The translations under genes and the position numbers were made by a program. The notes beneath the pieces are model-generated. The model had not been told where the DNA came from, made no database searches, and saw only the letters and a list, made by a program, of their open reading frames with translations. This document shows, one piece after another, positions 19,940 to 29,934 of a stretch of 47,023 nt of DNA. Location of the stretch: positions 1 through 47,023 of the IMG/VR virus record IMGVR_UViG_3300037515_000068; one strand, 5' to 3'. Source of the DNA: a virus. Taxonomy: Duplodnaviria; Caudoviricetes. Every line of letters begins with the position of its first letter. Position 1 is the first letter of the stretch.

Positions 19940-21205
19940 ATGGCTGACTTCTCGCAATATGGAACCGCTGATTACGCTAATAAGATGGCGGATAAGCTGT
20001 CTGGATTTAACCTGCCTGAGAATGTCGCCGCTCGCAGGAATGTGCAGATAGGGCAGCAAGAGCAGGAAATGAAGCTGCGGCAAATGCAGCAAGAGGTTCA
20101 AGATAAAGAGCAAGCTAGGCAAGCGTGGAAGGCGGCAGTAGAAGCAAGCAAAGCAACCGGAGAAAGCCCCGCTACGATTTATCGCAAGAACGCCGCTAAT
20201 CTTGGATATGCTCAAGCGACTGAGGCAGAAAAATACGATCAGGAACTTAAAAAGCTGAAAGCGCCTAAATACGAATTCGATAAAACAACAGGTCAACTTG
20301 TAGGGATTGATCCGATTGGCAATGTCACAGTCAAGAAGGTTGAAGGGTATCAGCCTTCAATGAAGCTGGAAGGCGCAAGCAATCTCCGCAAGTTGATGGA
20401 AGAGCGCAACCAGTTCCCGAAAGACTCGCCAGAGTGGAACTCATATACCAATGCGATCAGGAAAGAATCCGAGACTCCGCAGCAGATTACGCCGCGAATC
20501 GTGATGCCTCGTCAGGAACGCATGGTTGCAGTAATTGACACAGCAACAAATGCGCCTATATATGTCCCAGCTTCTGAGGCTGTCGGCATGCCTGCCGTGC
20601 GTGGCGACGGGGAAGCTCCCCCTAAAGCGCAACCCGGTACGCGAGTATTTAAAGATGAAGCCGGAAATTGGCAATCTGAGCTAATCCCGAATCAACCAGC
20701 TTGGCAGAAGGCGAAAAGCCAATATGCGCAAGACACCGCTGCAGTCACGAATGCCGTTGCGGATGCGGACAAATTATCACAACGTGCGGAAGCTCTTGCA
20801 AAGCATCCGGGACTTGCTGGAAATTTCGGCATGCGCGGATATGCCCCTAACGTAAGGGGCACTGATGCGGCAAATGCAGAAGTTCTATTGTCAGAGCTGA
20901 AAGACTCAATGCAACTGGCCGGATTTGGTGCTTTGCGTAGCACGTCTGGCTCTCCTGGTGCGATGACTGAGAAGGAATGGCCGAAGCTTGAGGCGGCGAT
21001 TGCAAAGCTGCAAAATGCTTCCGATGTAGATCAAGCCAGATCCGCATTAGCCGATATTTCGCTTTATGCGAAGCGTATTAAGTCGGTAGCATCTTCGGCA
21101 TACGATAATGAATGGAGCGGATCTCAATTCGCAAATCAAAATAGTGCGCCTGTTCAGGGTGGCGATTTGCACTCAAAAGCCGATGCAATTTTAAGGGGGC
21201 GATAA
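19940..21205 (+). CDS. DNA ejection protein (gp20-like position)
   Basis: Helical Gln/Ala-rich; GAMTEKEWPKL; synteny. Confidence 0.6.
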   Translation: MADFSQYGTADYANKMADKLSGFNLPENVAARRNVQIGQQEQEMKLRQMQQEVQDKEQARQAWKAAVEASKATGESPATIYRKNAANLGYAQATEAEKYDQELKKLKAPKYEFDKTTGQLVGIDPIGNVTVKKVEGYQPSMKLEGASNLRKLMEERNQFPKDSPEWNSYTNAIRKESETPQQITPRIVMPRQERMVAVIDTATNAPIYVPASEAVGMPAVRGDGEAPPKAQPGTRVFKDEAGNWQSELIPNQPAWQKAKSQYAQDTAAVTNAVADADKLSQRAEALAKHPGLAGNFGMRGYAPNVRGTDAANAEVLLSELKDSMQLAGFGALRSTSGSPGAMTEKEWPKLEAAIAKLQNASDVDQARSALADISLYAKRIKSVASSAYDNEWSGSQFANQNSAPVQGGDLHSKADAILRGR

Positions 21206-21206
21206 C

Positions 21207-23144
21207 ATGGCTACCGCAGACGAATACGCACAATGGATTATTGATAATCAGGCGAATCAAAATTCTCCTGAGTTCCGCACCGTCGCGGCTGCGTATAAAG
21301 ATGCGAAGATGCGCGAATCCAAAGTTTCCGCCGTAGAGCAATATTCGGAGTCGGTGGCGAAAGAACAAAAGCGAATCTTCGATGAATTGCCGTGGTATCA
21401 GCAAATGGCGGTCGGGGCCGGAAAGTCAGCCGTTGACCTTGGGCGCGGCGTCGGGCAATTGGCTGGGGTAGTTTCGCGAGAGGATATTGACGAAGCGGAA
21501 GCTATTGATAAAAACATCACGGGATGGGGAACTGCCGGACAGGTACTTGGAACCGTTGGGCAGTTGGCTATCCCATTCGGTGCGGGTGCTGGACTGGCTA
21601 GATTGGCCCCTGCCGGCAGTAAATTAGCCGCAGCGGGGCAAGGGCTGGCGAACGTAGTTACAAAGGCTCCATTGTCGCTTAAAGGTGCTGCGCAACAGGG
21701 CGCGCTGGGCGGAAGTCTGGGCGCGATACAGCCAGTATCAAGCGATGAAAGCCGCACCTTCAACTCAGCACTTGGGGCGGTTGGCGGTGCGATTTTGCCG
21801 TTGGCCGGTGCTGGATTTAAGGCCGTACGGCGCGCAATGGAGCCTGTCACAAGCCCGCAAATCGCAGCGGCGCGGAAGCTGGTTGAAGATGCTGGCGGCG
21901 AACAGGCGTTAGCGGATGCGATTCAAAAAGCGCAAGCTGCCGGAATGTCTATGTCGGGATCGCCGTACACGCTGGGGCAGGCCGGCAAGAGCGCGGGACT
22001 TTCGGCAACTGAGCGCGCAAGGGCAGCGGTTAACCCGGAGAATTTCCAACCTATCTATCAGGGGCAGACCGAGGCCAGGATTGGCGCGCTTCGCGGGATA
22101 GCGCAGGATGACACCGCATTGCTTGCGGCAAAAGAATCGCGAGATGAAGCTGCGAAGGCTGTATATGATCCTGCGTTTGCTAGTGACTTGCAGCGACAAT
22201 CCGCCGAACAAGCAACGGCGAACGCAACCCGATCAACGCAAACGGGCGGAATTGGCGGGGTCGGTGACGCGCCAGTGAACTTAGACCCAAGGCTGTCAGC
22301 ACTGCGTGGGAACCCCGTTATCGACGCCGCAAAGCGTGATGCGCAGACGCTTGCAAAGACCTTCGGTAAAGATATAGGCGACCCGATGCAATCGCTTGAA
22401 GGGTTGCATTACATAAAGTTGGCGATAGATAGCCAGCTAAATAAGCCGGTTGCAAATACGTCGCTCGGGTCTTATTCGGATGCTGCTTTGAAATCTACGA
22501 AAGCACGGCTGATGGATGCGATTGTCGGAACCGAAAATGCTCCCGGCATATCGCCTATGTACGGTTCGGCCGTCAAGCAATATGCGGAAATGAGCAAGCC
22601 TATCAATCAAATGCAGGTAGGCCGCAGCCTCATGGATACATTAGTCGGCGAGGCAACAAAGTACGGCGCGAATCCGAAACAGCAAGCCGAGGCATATTTC
22701 CGCGCACTGAAAAACGCACCTGCGCTGATTAAGAAAGAAACTGGCATGAGCATGCCGCTTGAGCGCATTATGACACCCGAGCAAATGGCGACACTGCGCA
22801 AGATTGGCGAGGATTTGGCACGCAAGGTTGACGCTGAGAACCTTGGGCGAGGCGTAGGTTCGGACACTGCGCAGAAATTAGCCAGAGGGAATATCGCTAG
22901 CAACATGATGGCCGAAGCCGCTAAAGGCAGGCTTTGGCGAGTAGGAGAATTCGCATCGAATCTTGCTAATTTCAGGGTCGGCGGAGAACTGGATAAGATG
23001 CTGCAAAATCCAGAAACCGCACAGCAAGGATATAACGCGCTCGCCGAATTAATTGCGCGCCGCGCTATCGAAAACCCGAATACGAATGCACTTAGGGCGA
23101 TTGGCATTCAAGGCACAACGCAATCTCTGATCGGGCAGCAATGA
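21207..23144 (+). CDS. DNA ejection protein (gp16-like position)
   Basis: Large Gly/Ala-rich helical protein; GVGSDTAQKL; synteny. Confidence 0.6.
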   Translation: MATADEYAQWIIDNQANQNSPEFRTVAAAYKDAKMRESKVSAVEQYSESVAKEQKRIFDELPWYQQMAVGAGKSAVDLGRGVGQLAGVVSREDIDEAEAIDKNITGWGTAGQVLGTVGQLAIPFGAGAGLARLAPAGSKLAAAGQGLANVVTKAPLSLKGAAQQGALGGSLGAIQPVSSDESRTFNSALGAVGGAILPLAGAGFKAVRRAMEPVTSPQIAAARKLVEDAGGEQALADAIQKAQAAGMSMSGSPYTLGQAGKSAGLSATERARAAVNPENFQPIYQGQTEARIGALRGIAQDDTALLAAKESRDEAAKAVYDPAFASDLQRQSAEQATANATRSTQTGGIGGVGDAPVNLDPRLSALRGNPVIDAAKRDAQTLAKTFGKDIGDPMQSLEGLHYIKLAIDSQLNKPVANTSLGSYSDAALKSTKARLMDAIVGTENAPGISPMYGSAVKQYAEMSKPINQMQVGRSLMDTLVGEATKYGANPKQQAEAYFRALKNAPALIKKETGMSMPLERIMTPEQMATLRKIGEDLARKVDAENLGRGVGSDTAQKLARGNIASNMMAEAAKGRLWRVGEFASNLANFRVGGELDKMLQNPETAQQGYNALAELIARRAIENPNTNALRAIGIQGTTQSLIGQQ

Positions 23145-23275
23145 CCGCCGCGATAGCAATGTTTGTCAAACCGTTCGTGGTGATCGCGTTTATCATTTTT
23201 GTCCGTTCTATTAACTGGATGGCGCAGACATTTTTGCCGAATAGCGTAAGCGAATTTTTGCTCAAGAAACGATAA
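23141..23275 (+). CDS. Small membrane peptide (44 aa)
   Basis: MTAAIAMFVKPFVVIAFIIFVRSINW...KKR; coupled at both ends (ATGA, TAATG). Confidence 0.5.
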   Translation: MTAAIAMFVKPFVVIAFIIFVRSINWMAQTFLPNSVSEFLLKKR

Positions 23276-24666
23276 TGCAACCCCTAGCCCAGCCTCCCCG
23301 CAAAGACGACCGATCATTCGATGATTGGATGTTCCGCCTATGGAAGCGCATCGCTGCTACTGCGGGGCTGGCGTGGTCGTTAATCGACAAAACCGGGAGC
23401 AACATCACCGACATCGAGACGCGCAATCATGCCGATTTGCAGAATATCAACACGGCGATTTATTCGCACTTGTCGGCTGCTGATGCGACTGACTTGACGG
23501 ATGGGGGGGAATCGACGCTCCATTATCATGCCAGCGATAGGGACAGCGCGAACTTCACCGGAACGGATTGGGATGATTTGACCGATGCAGGGCAATCATC
23601 TTTGCACGGGCATCCTGACTCGCTGATAAACATCACAACAATCGGGTCAGTTACTGATAACGTAACTGTTCAAGACTCCATAAGCCACGCGTGGTCGTCT
23701 GGAAGCGTTACAGGGTTTGAACTTACCGATAATGGCGACGGGACGATAAACCTTGCAGCAGGCGAGGCGATGCTGCGGCCCACCTCCGATCCTCACGATA
23801 CGCTCATCTCGATGGCTGTCGGTGTGACGGCTAATCTAGCCCTTACGGATAACTCGCTGAATTATGTCTTTGTGAGCTATAACGCCGGTACTCCCATCGT
23901 TCAGGCCGGAACATCGCTCACCGATTTTAACTGCATCGACAAGTGCCTGATATATTCAATATCTAGGGAAGGTACGACCCTATACTGGGTGTCTGCTGGT
24001 GAGCAGAATATAGACTCAAACCGCAAGCATCGTCGGATGCTTCTTGAGTGCGAGGGATTCCGACATGTTGTTGGAGGCTCGGCTTTAGGTGCGTCAGGTA
24101 CGCGCAACTTCGCGATTACTGCTGGATCGTTTTATTACGGGCTGGCTAAAGTAACGCACGATGCTTTTGATACATCGGCAGCTAGCACATTCAAATACTA
24201 CTATCGCAATGGGTCTGGAGGATGGACAACATCTACCGGAAACACGCAGATAAATAATACCCAATACGACGATGGTACTGGAACATTAGCCACGCTCGGA
24301 AATAACAATTACGGTATTCATTGGGTTTATCTAATCTTGGATAACCCGACCATCATCGCCGTGCAGTTCGGGCAAGACGACTATGCCAATATCGCTGCCG
24401 CTAGGGCTGCAACTGTTCCAGCAGCTCCCCCAACTATGCAAGGTATCGGGGCTCTCGCGGGGCGTATTATCATTGAGAAGTCGGCGGCTTCATTCACGAT
24501 TGTGGAAAGTTCGTTTTCTCAGTCATTTATGGCAACTGCTGCCACTCAGCATAATGGATTGGCCGGATTGCAAGGCGGTGCAGTGAGCGACTACTATCAC
24601 GTGACAGCCAATGAATATGGTAATATCCGTTCAAGTTTGTGGGCTTTTGCAGCCGCGCAGGGGTAA
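23275..24666 (+). CDS. Tail fibre/spike-associated protein
   Basis: RNHADLQNI and HNGLAGLQGG..DYYH motifs; repeated TDLTDGG/DDLTDAG units. Confidence 0.6.
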   Translation: MQPLAQPPRKDDRSFDDWMFRLWKRIAATAGLAWSLIDKTGSNITDIETRNHADLQNINTAIYSHLSAADATDLTDGGESTLHYHASDRDSANFTGTDWDDLTDAGQSSLHGHPDSLINITTIGSVTDNVTVQDSISHAWSSGSVTGFELTDNGDGTINLAAGEAMLRPTSDPHDTLISMAVGVTANLALTDNSLNYVFVSYNAGTPIVQAGTSLTDFNCIDKCLIYSISREGTTLYWVSAGEQNIDSNRKHRRMLLECEGFRHVVGGSALGASGTRNFAITAGSFYYGLAKVTHDAFDTSAASTFKYYYRNGSGGWTTSTGNTQINNTQYDDGTGTLATLGNNNYGIHWVYLILDNPTIIAVQFGQDDYANIAAARAATVPAAPPTMQGIGALAGRIIIEKSAASFTIVESSFSQSFMATAATQHNGLAGLQGGAVSDYYHVTANEYGNIRSSLWAFAAAQG

Positions 24667-24668
24667 GT

Positions 24669-26045
24669 ATGATTAGATTAAATCAAACCGCATCGCAACT
24701 GTTATCGCTGATTACTGAGCAGAATGGTGCGACGGTTGTTGTCAGCTACTCCGACAAGTCGGCAACGGGCTATGACGGGGATACGCAAGTCACTGCAATC
24801 ACCTCTGCGACAACGACCACGATATGCTCGACACCAGCAGCAGCAACGATCCGCGACGTTGACCATATATCCGTTCGGAATACCTACGCCGGATCTCAAG
24901 CGGTAACAGTTCAGCTTTCAAGTTCGGCAACACTTTACCCGCTGGTTACAATTTCGCTCGCGCTGGGCGATTCGCTGGAATACACGCATGGCTCAGGCTG
25001 GCGGGTTATGGATAGCAGCGGGCAGATCAAGATGGCGCTGGCGTTTACCCCTACTTCCCATGCAGGATTAACTGATTTGGCTTGGGAGGGGTCTGGGCAT
25101 ACTGGGACTGCGGGGGCTTTAGCCACGTTTGATGGAGCCGGAGGTGCCGCAGAAGTCATAGAGCCTGGAACTAATCTAGCTGCATTAGAAGGAGATGCAA
25201 CGCAAGCATTCTCAGCCGCCAGCCTAAATGGCGGCCCATTGGCAGGGCTACGGAATATCATAGTCAATGGAGGATTCACTATAAATCAAAGGAAGTATGC
25301 TTCCGGTGCAGTATTATCTGCCGGAAGTTATGGACATGATCGCTGGAAAGCAGGATCCGGAGGTGGGGACTATTCATTTACACAGCTTGAATCAAATACT
25401 GCAATAACAATTTCGGCAAATAAGACTCTAATTCAGGTTATTGAGAATAAAAATATTCATGCTACTAGATATGTTGTTAGTTGGACTGGCACGGCTCTAG
25501 CCCGAGCAGGCGTGAATAGTGCAACTCCTTCGGGGGCCTACGCGGCAAGCCCGATAGTTATTACAGGGCAAACCGTTGGCACGGTGATGAGCATAGAGTT
25601 CGGCAATGGAGCCTCTGCGGGCACTCTGGGCGTAGTACAAATTGAGGCATCCTCTTCTGCTACTACTGGAACACCCTTTGAGAATCGCCCGGCCGGACTA
25701 GAGCTTAGCCTATGCCAGCGCTACTACTATAGGCTTCAACCCGGAGCACTTCAGCCTTTCGGGGTTGCGTACAACGCTAATACTAATCAGAGCTATATCG
25801 TCATATCTCTCCCTCAGATGCGTACTGGCCCGACCGCTTTGGGGCAGAGTGGCACTGCTACAGACTATGCAGTACAGCAAGCGGGAGCTGTTACTGTTTG
25901 CAGTGCAGTTCCTGTATTCTCGACTGCAAGTTCTGCTGTGGCGATGATAGTATTTACAACGGCAGGAGCAGTTACTGCTGGGCATGCAGTAGTGGGAAGG
26001 GCAGCTACTGCGGACGCCTATTTAGGATTCTCTGCGGAGCTATAA
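24669..26045 (+). CDS. Tail fibre protein
   Basis: RNIIVNGGFTINQR..DRW..TPFENRPAGLELSLCQRYY..AEL. Confidence 0.75.
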   Translation: MIRLNQTASQLLSLITEQNGATVVVSYSDKSATGYDGDTQVTAITSATTTTICSTPAAATIRDVDHISVRNTYAGSQAVTVQLSSSATLYPLVTISLALGDSLEYTHGSGWRVMDSSGQIKMALAFTPTSHAGLTDLAWEGSGHTGTAGALATFDGAGGAAEVIEPGTNLAALEGDATQAFSAASLNGGPLAGLRNIIVNGGFTINQRKYASGAVLSAGSYGHDRWKAGSGGGDYSFTQLESNTAITISANKTLIQVIENKNIHATRYVVSWTGTALARAGVNSATPSGAYAASPIVITGQTVGTVMSIEFGNGASAGTLGVVQIEASSSATTGTPFENRPAGLELSLCQRYYYRLQPGALQPFGVAYNANTNQSYIVISLPQMRTGPTALGQSGTATDYAVQQAGAVTVCSAVPVFSTASSAVAMIVFTTAGAVTAGHAVVGRAATADAYLGFSAEL

Positions 26046-26046
26046 A

Positions 26047-26376
26047 ATGATTACTTATAAACACCTTACTGATACAGTCCTCGCAAGGATTGATGAGGAT
26101 GGAAAGTCTAGGACTTCCTGCTCCGTTGAAGATGAAGAGTTCAAGAAGTGGTGTGCATTAGGCAATGCCCCTCTTCCCTTGGAAGATCCTATTCCTGATT
26201 ATGCCGAGCAGATAGCAGCACTGGAGGCTAAGGAGCTACTTCCAAGGGCTATTAGAGAGCTGATGCTTAAATATGCAGAGGCCGCTTACTCACCTGAGGA
26301 ACTCCTTCTAGATATTAGCTATCAGCGAATAAAGAATCTAGATACTCAGATACGAGAACTACGAGCTTTAATGTAG
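26047..26376 (+). CDS. Tail fibre assembly/chaperone-like protein
   Basis: EFKKWCALGNAPLP..LDTQIRELRA; follows the fibre gene. Confidence 0.55.
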   Translation: MITYKHLTDTVLARIDEDGKSRTSCSVEDEEFKKWCALGNAPLPLEDPIPDYAEQIAALEAKELLPRAIRELMLKYAEAAYSPEELLLDISYQRIKNLDTQIRELRALM

Positions 26377-26414
26377 TCTGAGTTATATAATTACCAATCG
26401 CTGGGAGGCGAAGC

Positions 26415-26681
26415 ATGGAAGAACAGGAAAACCGCAGACGACACTGGCACTTGGAGAAGTCCATAAGTGTCGGCCACATTATCACCACTGTGGCAATAGC
26501 CGGAAGCGTGCTCACGTGGGCGATGCGAATGGATACACGCGTATCTGTAATCGAGACACAGATACACTATTCGGCGGAGCAGCAGAAGCGCATCGAATCG
26601 ACCGGACGGGAAGGGCTTAACGAGATCAAGGCATCGCTCATTCGCATCGAATCGAAGTTGGATGGTAAGGCGGATAAATGA
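26415..26681 (+). CDS. Holin-like/hemolysin-like membrane protein
   Basis: One TM helix followed by a coiled coil ending RIESKLD. Confidence 0.55.
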   Translation: MEEQENRRRHWHLEKSISVGHIITTVAIAGSVLTWAMRMDTRVSVIETQIHYSAEQQKRIESTGREGLNEIKASLIRIESKLDGKADK

Positions 26682-27082
26682 GCAGCCGCAGCCTAGACCA
26701 CCTGAACCCATACACACGCGATGCCTCGATAAAGCACAAGCAACTGTGCAAGTCTCGCGGTGTCGAATTGTTGATTTACTGCACCCGCCGCGACAACGAG
26801 GAACAGGACGGACTGTACGCCATAGGCCGCACCTTGCCTGGAAAGATTGTCACCAACGCTCGGGCCGGTCAGTCGGCTCACAACCCAGACGAAGATGGAT
26901 ATGCTTCAGCATACGACTGCTGCCCGATGATCGCCGGCAAGCCGATGTGGGACAGCAAGCACCCCGCATGGGCTATCGTTATCGCGTGCGGTGAAGATGC
27001 GGGGCTTTCGGCGTCTGCCCGATGGACAGGCAAGCTACGCGAGGTTGCGCACTTTCAAGACCCCAACTGGAGGAAGCCATGA
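26678..27082 (+). CDS. Endolysin, M15-family L-Ala-D-Glu peptidase
   Basis: RDNEEQDGLYAIGRT..VTNARAGQSAHN..AYD..HFQ. Confidence 0.88.
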   Translation: MSSRSLDHLNPYTRDASIKHKQLCKSRGVELLIYCTRRDNEEQDGLYAIGRTLPGKIVTNARAGQSAHNPDEDGYASAYDCCPMIAGKPMWDSKHPAWAIVIACGEDAGLSASARWTGKLREVAHFQDPNWRKP

Positions 27083-27285
27083 TCGCACAAATGCTCAAAT
27101 CCCGCTCAATTCGCTGGGCGTTGCTCGGCATCATCATCGGCGTGCTAGAAGTTCAGTGGGCTATCGTGACCGATAACCTCACCCCCTACATCGGCGCACA
27201 GGCGATGGGCTGGGTGACTATCGTGTTCGGCATCGGCGCGGGGGTTTACCGGCTGGTGACTACGCAAAGTGTTGGCGACAAATGA
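27079..27285 (+). CDS. Holin-like protein (2 TM)
   Basis: Two hydrophobic helices; ends RLVTTQSVGDK. Confidence 0.6.
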   Translation: MIAQMLKSRSIRWALLGIIIGVLEVQWAIVTDNLTPYIGAQAMGWVTIVFGIGAGVYRLVTTQSVGDK

Positions 27286-27680
27286 TTTACCTCCGACTTG
27301 CAGCTGTTGCAATCGTCGCGCTTGCGATGTACGGCGCGTATTGGTCGGTGGACAACAATGGATATCAGCGCGCCATGTCGGAGATGCGCGACTCCTCTCT
27401 GGCGGCCGCACAAGAGCAAGCCATGCGCCTTAAACTTTCACAGGAGAAACACGATGCCGATCAAGCTACTATTGCCCGCCTTGCTGCTGATGCTCGCCGG
27501 GTGCGCGTCAACTTCCCAACCTGCTCCGGAAGTATTAAAGGTGCGGACGGAAGCGCCGGGATACTTTCAGACGGAGTGGATGCTGCATTTGCAGAACTTC
27601 AAGAATCGACTGGCCGACTTGTCGAACGATGCGACCAGCTCAATATCGACGCCATAAGGCAGAATGACTCTCTGCCATAA
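27282..27680 (+). CDS. rz: Rz-like i-spanin
   Basis: N-terminal TM followed by a coiled coil. Confidence 0.75.
   Translation: MIYLRLAAVAIVALAMYGAYWSVDNNGYQRAMSEMRDSSLAAAQEQAMRLKLSQEKHDADQATIARLAADARRVRVNFPTCSGSIKGADGSAGILSDGVDAAFAELQESTGRLVERCDQLNIDAIRQNDSLP
27454..27657 (+). CDS. rz1: Rz1-like o-spanin lipoprotein embedded in the +1 frame of Rz
   Basis: AGGAG RBS; MPIKLLLPALLLMLAG-C lipobox. Confidence 0.8.
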   Translation: MPIKLLLPALLLMLAGCASTSQPAPEVLKVRTEAPGYFQTEWMLHLQNFKNRLADLSNDATSSISTP

Positions 27681-27686
27681 ATGCCG

Positions 27687-27845
27687 CTATCCATTGCGCC
27701 CGCTACAAGATGGCAGGTGCAGCGTGTGCGGGTCTCGATTGATCTTAGGCATGAACGTCCAGCGCCGCACTTGGTTGCACCGGACGCACTGAACCTTCGT
27801 GCCTTTGCGGTCGGCGTACAGGGTCAGCCATTTGTGGATGCACAC
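27687..27845 (-). CDS. Small Zn-ribbon-like protein (52 aa)
   Basis: GAGGTG RBS, GTG start; CIHKW...CVRCNQ. Confidence 0.4.
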   Translation of the reverse strand: MCIHKWLTLYADRKGTKVQCVRCNQVRRWTFMPKINRDPHTLHLPSCSGRNG

Positions 27846-28089
27846 GGCTCACCTCGTCTGCCGACATAGGCCGCTCATACTCATATAGCGTGTACTCCCA
27901 CTGTCCGCAGACGGCATCGTTAGAGTGCATTTCATAGCACTCTGGGTGCATCCTATTCGTTCCGGCATCGCCGCATTCGTAGGTGCGCCAGCGATAGTAT
28001 ATTTCGCCTACCGCTATCGATTCTCCGCAGCTCATGCATCGATGCTGTTTTTTGGCTTTGGGTTTTTCTACCGGTGTGCAATACATCAC
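27745..28089 (-). CDS. Cys-rich hypothetical protein
   Basis: KAKKQHRCMSCGESI..HPECY. Confidence 0.55.
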   Translation of the reverse strand: MMYCTPVEKPKAKKQHRCMSCGESIAVGEIYYRWRTYECGDAGTNRMHPECYEMHSNDAVCGQWEYTLYEYERPMSADEVSRVHPQMADPVRRPQRHEGSVRPVQPSAALDVHA

Positions 28090-28766
28090 TTCACCTCGTC
28101 GGCCATGCGGCGCAGCCAGTTAGATACCATTGTCCCAACAGAATCGTCATTGGTTTCATCTGCCGCTTCCAGTAGTGTGCTTCTCTGCGTCTCTCGCGCC
28201 TTTTCAGCATCGTGCTTGTCGATCCATTGCTGGATGGATTCGGGGGTGGCGTTGAGTGCATTGAAAGCATCTGTCGCATAGTGTGTAAGAACGTCTGCGT
28301 CTTTCTGCGTACTGGCCCCGCAAGCCGCCTCGCCTAGATTATCGCCAAGGTTTTGCAGCATTTCCACCAGCATCGCGTTGTACGCCATTGCCTCATTCAA
28401 GGCACCATCCCAAGAAAGTTCCTTCACAGTTGCGGCGAGGCGCTCGTTCTCTGCTTTGAGTTCTGCTAGTTGCTTCGGCAGCGATAGCACTTCATCTGCA
28501 TCCTTAGTTAACGGATGCCAGTAGGTCGTCCCGGCGTGCAGCCCGGTGAGTCGCATAACTACGCCATCAATATTCCCATCGTAGTCGTTGTATCCGCAGG
28601 CTATGGTGAGTAGTTCCAGTGCTTTGTCAAGCTTCGTTTTGAATTCTGCAATATCCTTGTCTTTCTGCTCGGCGCAGGCTTGCCATGCTTCTTTCGCTGT
28701 CGGCACGCGGTCGTAGTCAGACTCAAAATCCATCCTGAATTCACGGTAATTCGCCTGTTCAGTCAT
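28086..28766 (-). CDS. Hypothetical protein (Ead/Ea22-like mosaic)
   Basis: AKEAWQA, LKAENERL, TLLEAAD motifs. Confidence 0.55.
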   Translation of the reverse strand: MTEQANYREFRMDFESDYDRVPTAKEAWQACAEQKDKDIAEFKTKLDKALELLTIACGYNDYDGNIDGVVMRLTGLHAGTTYWHPLTKDADEVLSLPKQLAELKAENERLAATVKELSWDGALNEAMAYNAMLVEMLQNLGDNLGEAACGASTQKDADVLTHYATDAFNALNATPESIQQWIDKHDAEKARETQRSTLLEAADETNDDSVGTMVSNWLRRMADEVK

Positions 28767-28768
28767 TT

Positions 28769-29035
28769 TTATTCTCCCATGTTTCGGATTGCTTCCGCAT
28801 AAACAACGCCCTCATGCCGGTCAAGGTCGTAGATGTATGGCACAAGGTACTTCTCGCCGCCGTCGAACTTCGTGTAGATTCGATGCGACTTGCAAAACTC
28901 CGCGTCGATTTCTCGCTGGTGCGCTGCGATGTCATTGGCGAAAGCCCACAGTTCCTCCTCCAAATCAACGTAGTCTTCTGGCCAAAGTCCGCGCTGCACC
29001 GCCAGCCGTCTCAACACTTCCCGATCAATAGACAC
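28769..29035 (-). CDS. Hypothetical protein
   Basis: FANDIAAHQREIDAEFC..AEAIRNMG. Confidence 0.5.
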   Translation of the reverse strand: MSIDREVLRRLAVQRGLWPEDYVDLEEELWAFANDIAAHQREIDAEFCKSHRIYTKFDGGEKYLVPYIYDLDRHEGVVYAEAIRNMGE

Positions 29036-29330
29036 TGGGCATCCCCTTCACAAGTTGAACGTCCTTCCGACTCTTACAGGCCGTAACGCGACCGTCTGCT
29101 ACGAATCGAGCGCGACCATCCAAGACCATATCCATCTGCCTGATTACTTCCATCTGATCTTGGACTGCTGCTTTCTGCCGCACCACTTCCTCCCGCCGGT
29201 CGAGGTTGTCCAATAGCACAACGATCACAGCCAAAACGACGGCAGCTTTGATCGTAAAACCTACACGTCGGGTCAACGGGTTGTGCTTGCTCTTCCATGG
29301 GTGCAGGGCGTAGCGGCGTATGCGGTTCAT
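29025..29330 (-). CDS. Hypothetical membrane protein
   Basis: One TM segment. Confidence 0.5.
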   Translation of the reverse strand: MNRIRRYALHPWKSKHNPLTRRVGFTIKAAVVLAVIVVLLDNLDRREEVVRQKAAVQDQMEVIRQMDMVLDGRARFVADGRVTACKSRKDVQLVKGMPSVY

Positions 29331-29335
29331 TCACG

Positions 29336-29539
29336 TCACCCACTTGTTTTTTCTGCCGAGACGATAATCTTCCTGCATTCATCCATCAACCCGGATATGG
29401 TGCATTCAGGCATTTTCTGTGAGTTTTTTCCGTTATATCTCAACCAGTATCGCCCCTTGAACGGTTTCGGCAAAAGCTCCAGCTTGTGCAACTTCCCACC
29501 TGCTACGATAGAGATTCTAACTGTTGCTTTTTGCCTCAA
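29336..29539 (-). CDS. Hypothetical protein
   Basis: AAGGGG RBS before TTG. Confidence 0.5.
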   Translation of the reverse strand: MRQKATVRISIVAGGKLHKLELLPKPFKGRYWLRYNGKNSQKMPECTISGLMDECRKIIVSAEKTSG

Positions 29540-29647
29540 AATATAACCCCTTGAATCTGCTGGATGCGCCTATTTTAATAGTCTCGCACGATTGTGTCGA
29601 TTTATTTAAAAATTAACCATGCGGTGCATATCATTCGTTATGCCCCG

Positions 29648-29827
29648 TCACAGTGATTTAACATCCTGCACGACCGTTACCGCATAGCCAAGCGCCTTGA
29701 TCGCCTTGATCGCGGCATCCGTCAGTGTTGTGGTTCCGGCGATGGCGCAAAATAATTCAGCTTTGTCGCAAGCCGGGAAAATCCGTTGGTTCCCGAACTG
29801 GCTCACAATCCGCACTTTAATTTCCAT
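29648..29827 (-). CDS. Small phage protein in cassette 1
   Basis: MEIKVRIVSQFGNQRIFPACDKAELF..; AAGGTG RBS. Confidence 0.7.
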   Translation of the reverse strand: MEIKVRIVSQFGNQRIFPACDKAELFCAIAGTTTLTDAAIKAIKALGYAVTVVQDVKSL

Positions 29828-29869
29828 GATGTTCACCTTTTAAGTTATTAAGCTTGCCTACTGGTTCGC

Positions 29870-29899
29870 ATAATACAGGCGACGTATTGATCGTGTCAA
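29870..29899 (-). promoter_or_regulatory. Sigma70 promoter inside cassette 1
   Basis: Minus strand TTGACA-18-TATTAT. Confidence 0.6.
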
Positions 29900-29934
29900 G
29901 CGTTATTTTCAAAAGGTAAAAACCGCAGCGTAGG

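Noticed and set aside
23275-26045. Diversity-generating retroelement targeting the tail fibre
   Set aside because: No reverse transcriptase and no template/variable repeat pair seen
29432-29547. Extra cassette bounded by GTTATAT/ATATAAC
   Set aside because: The GTTATAT lies mid-ORF with no adjacent attC hairpin; probably chance
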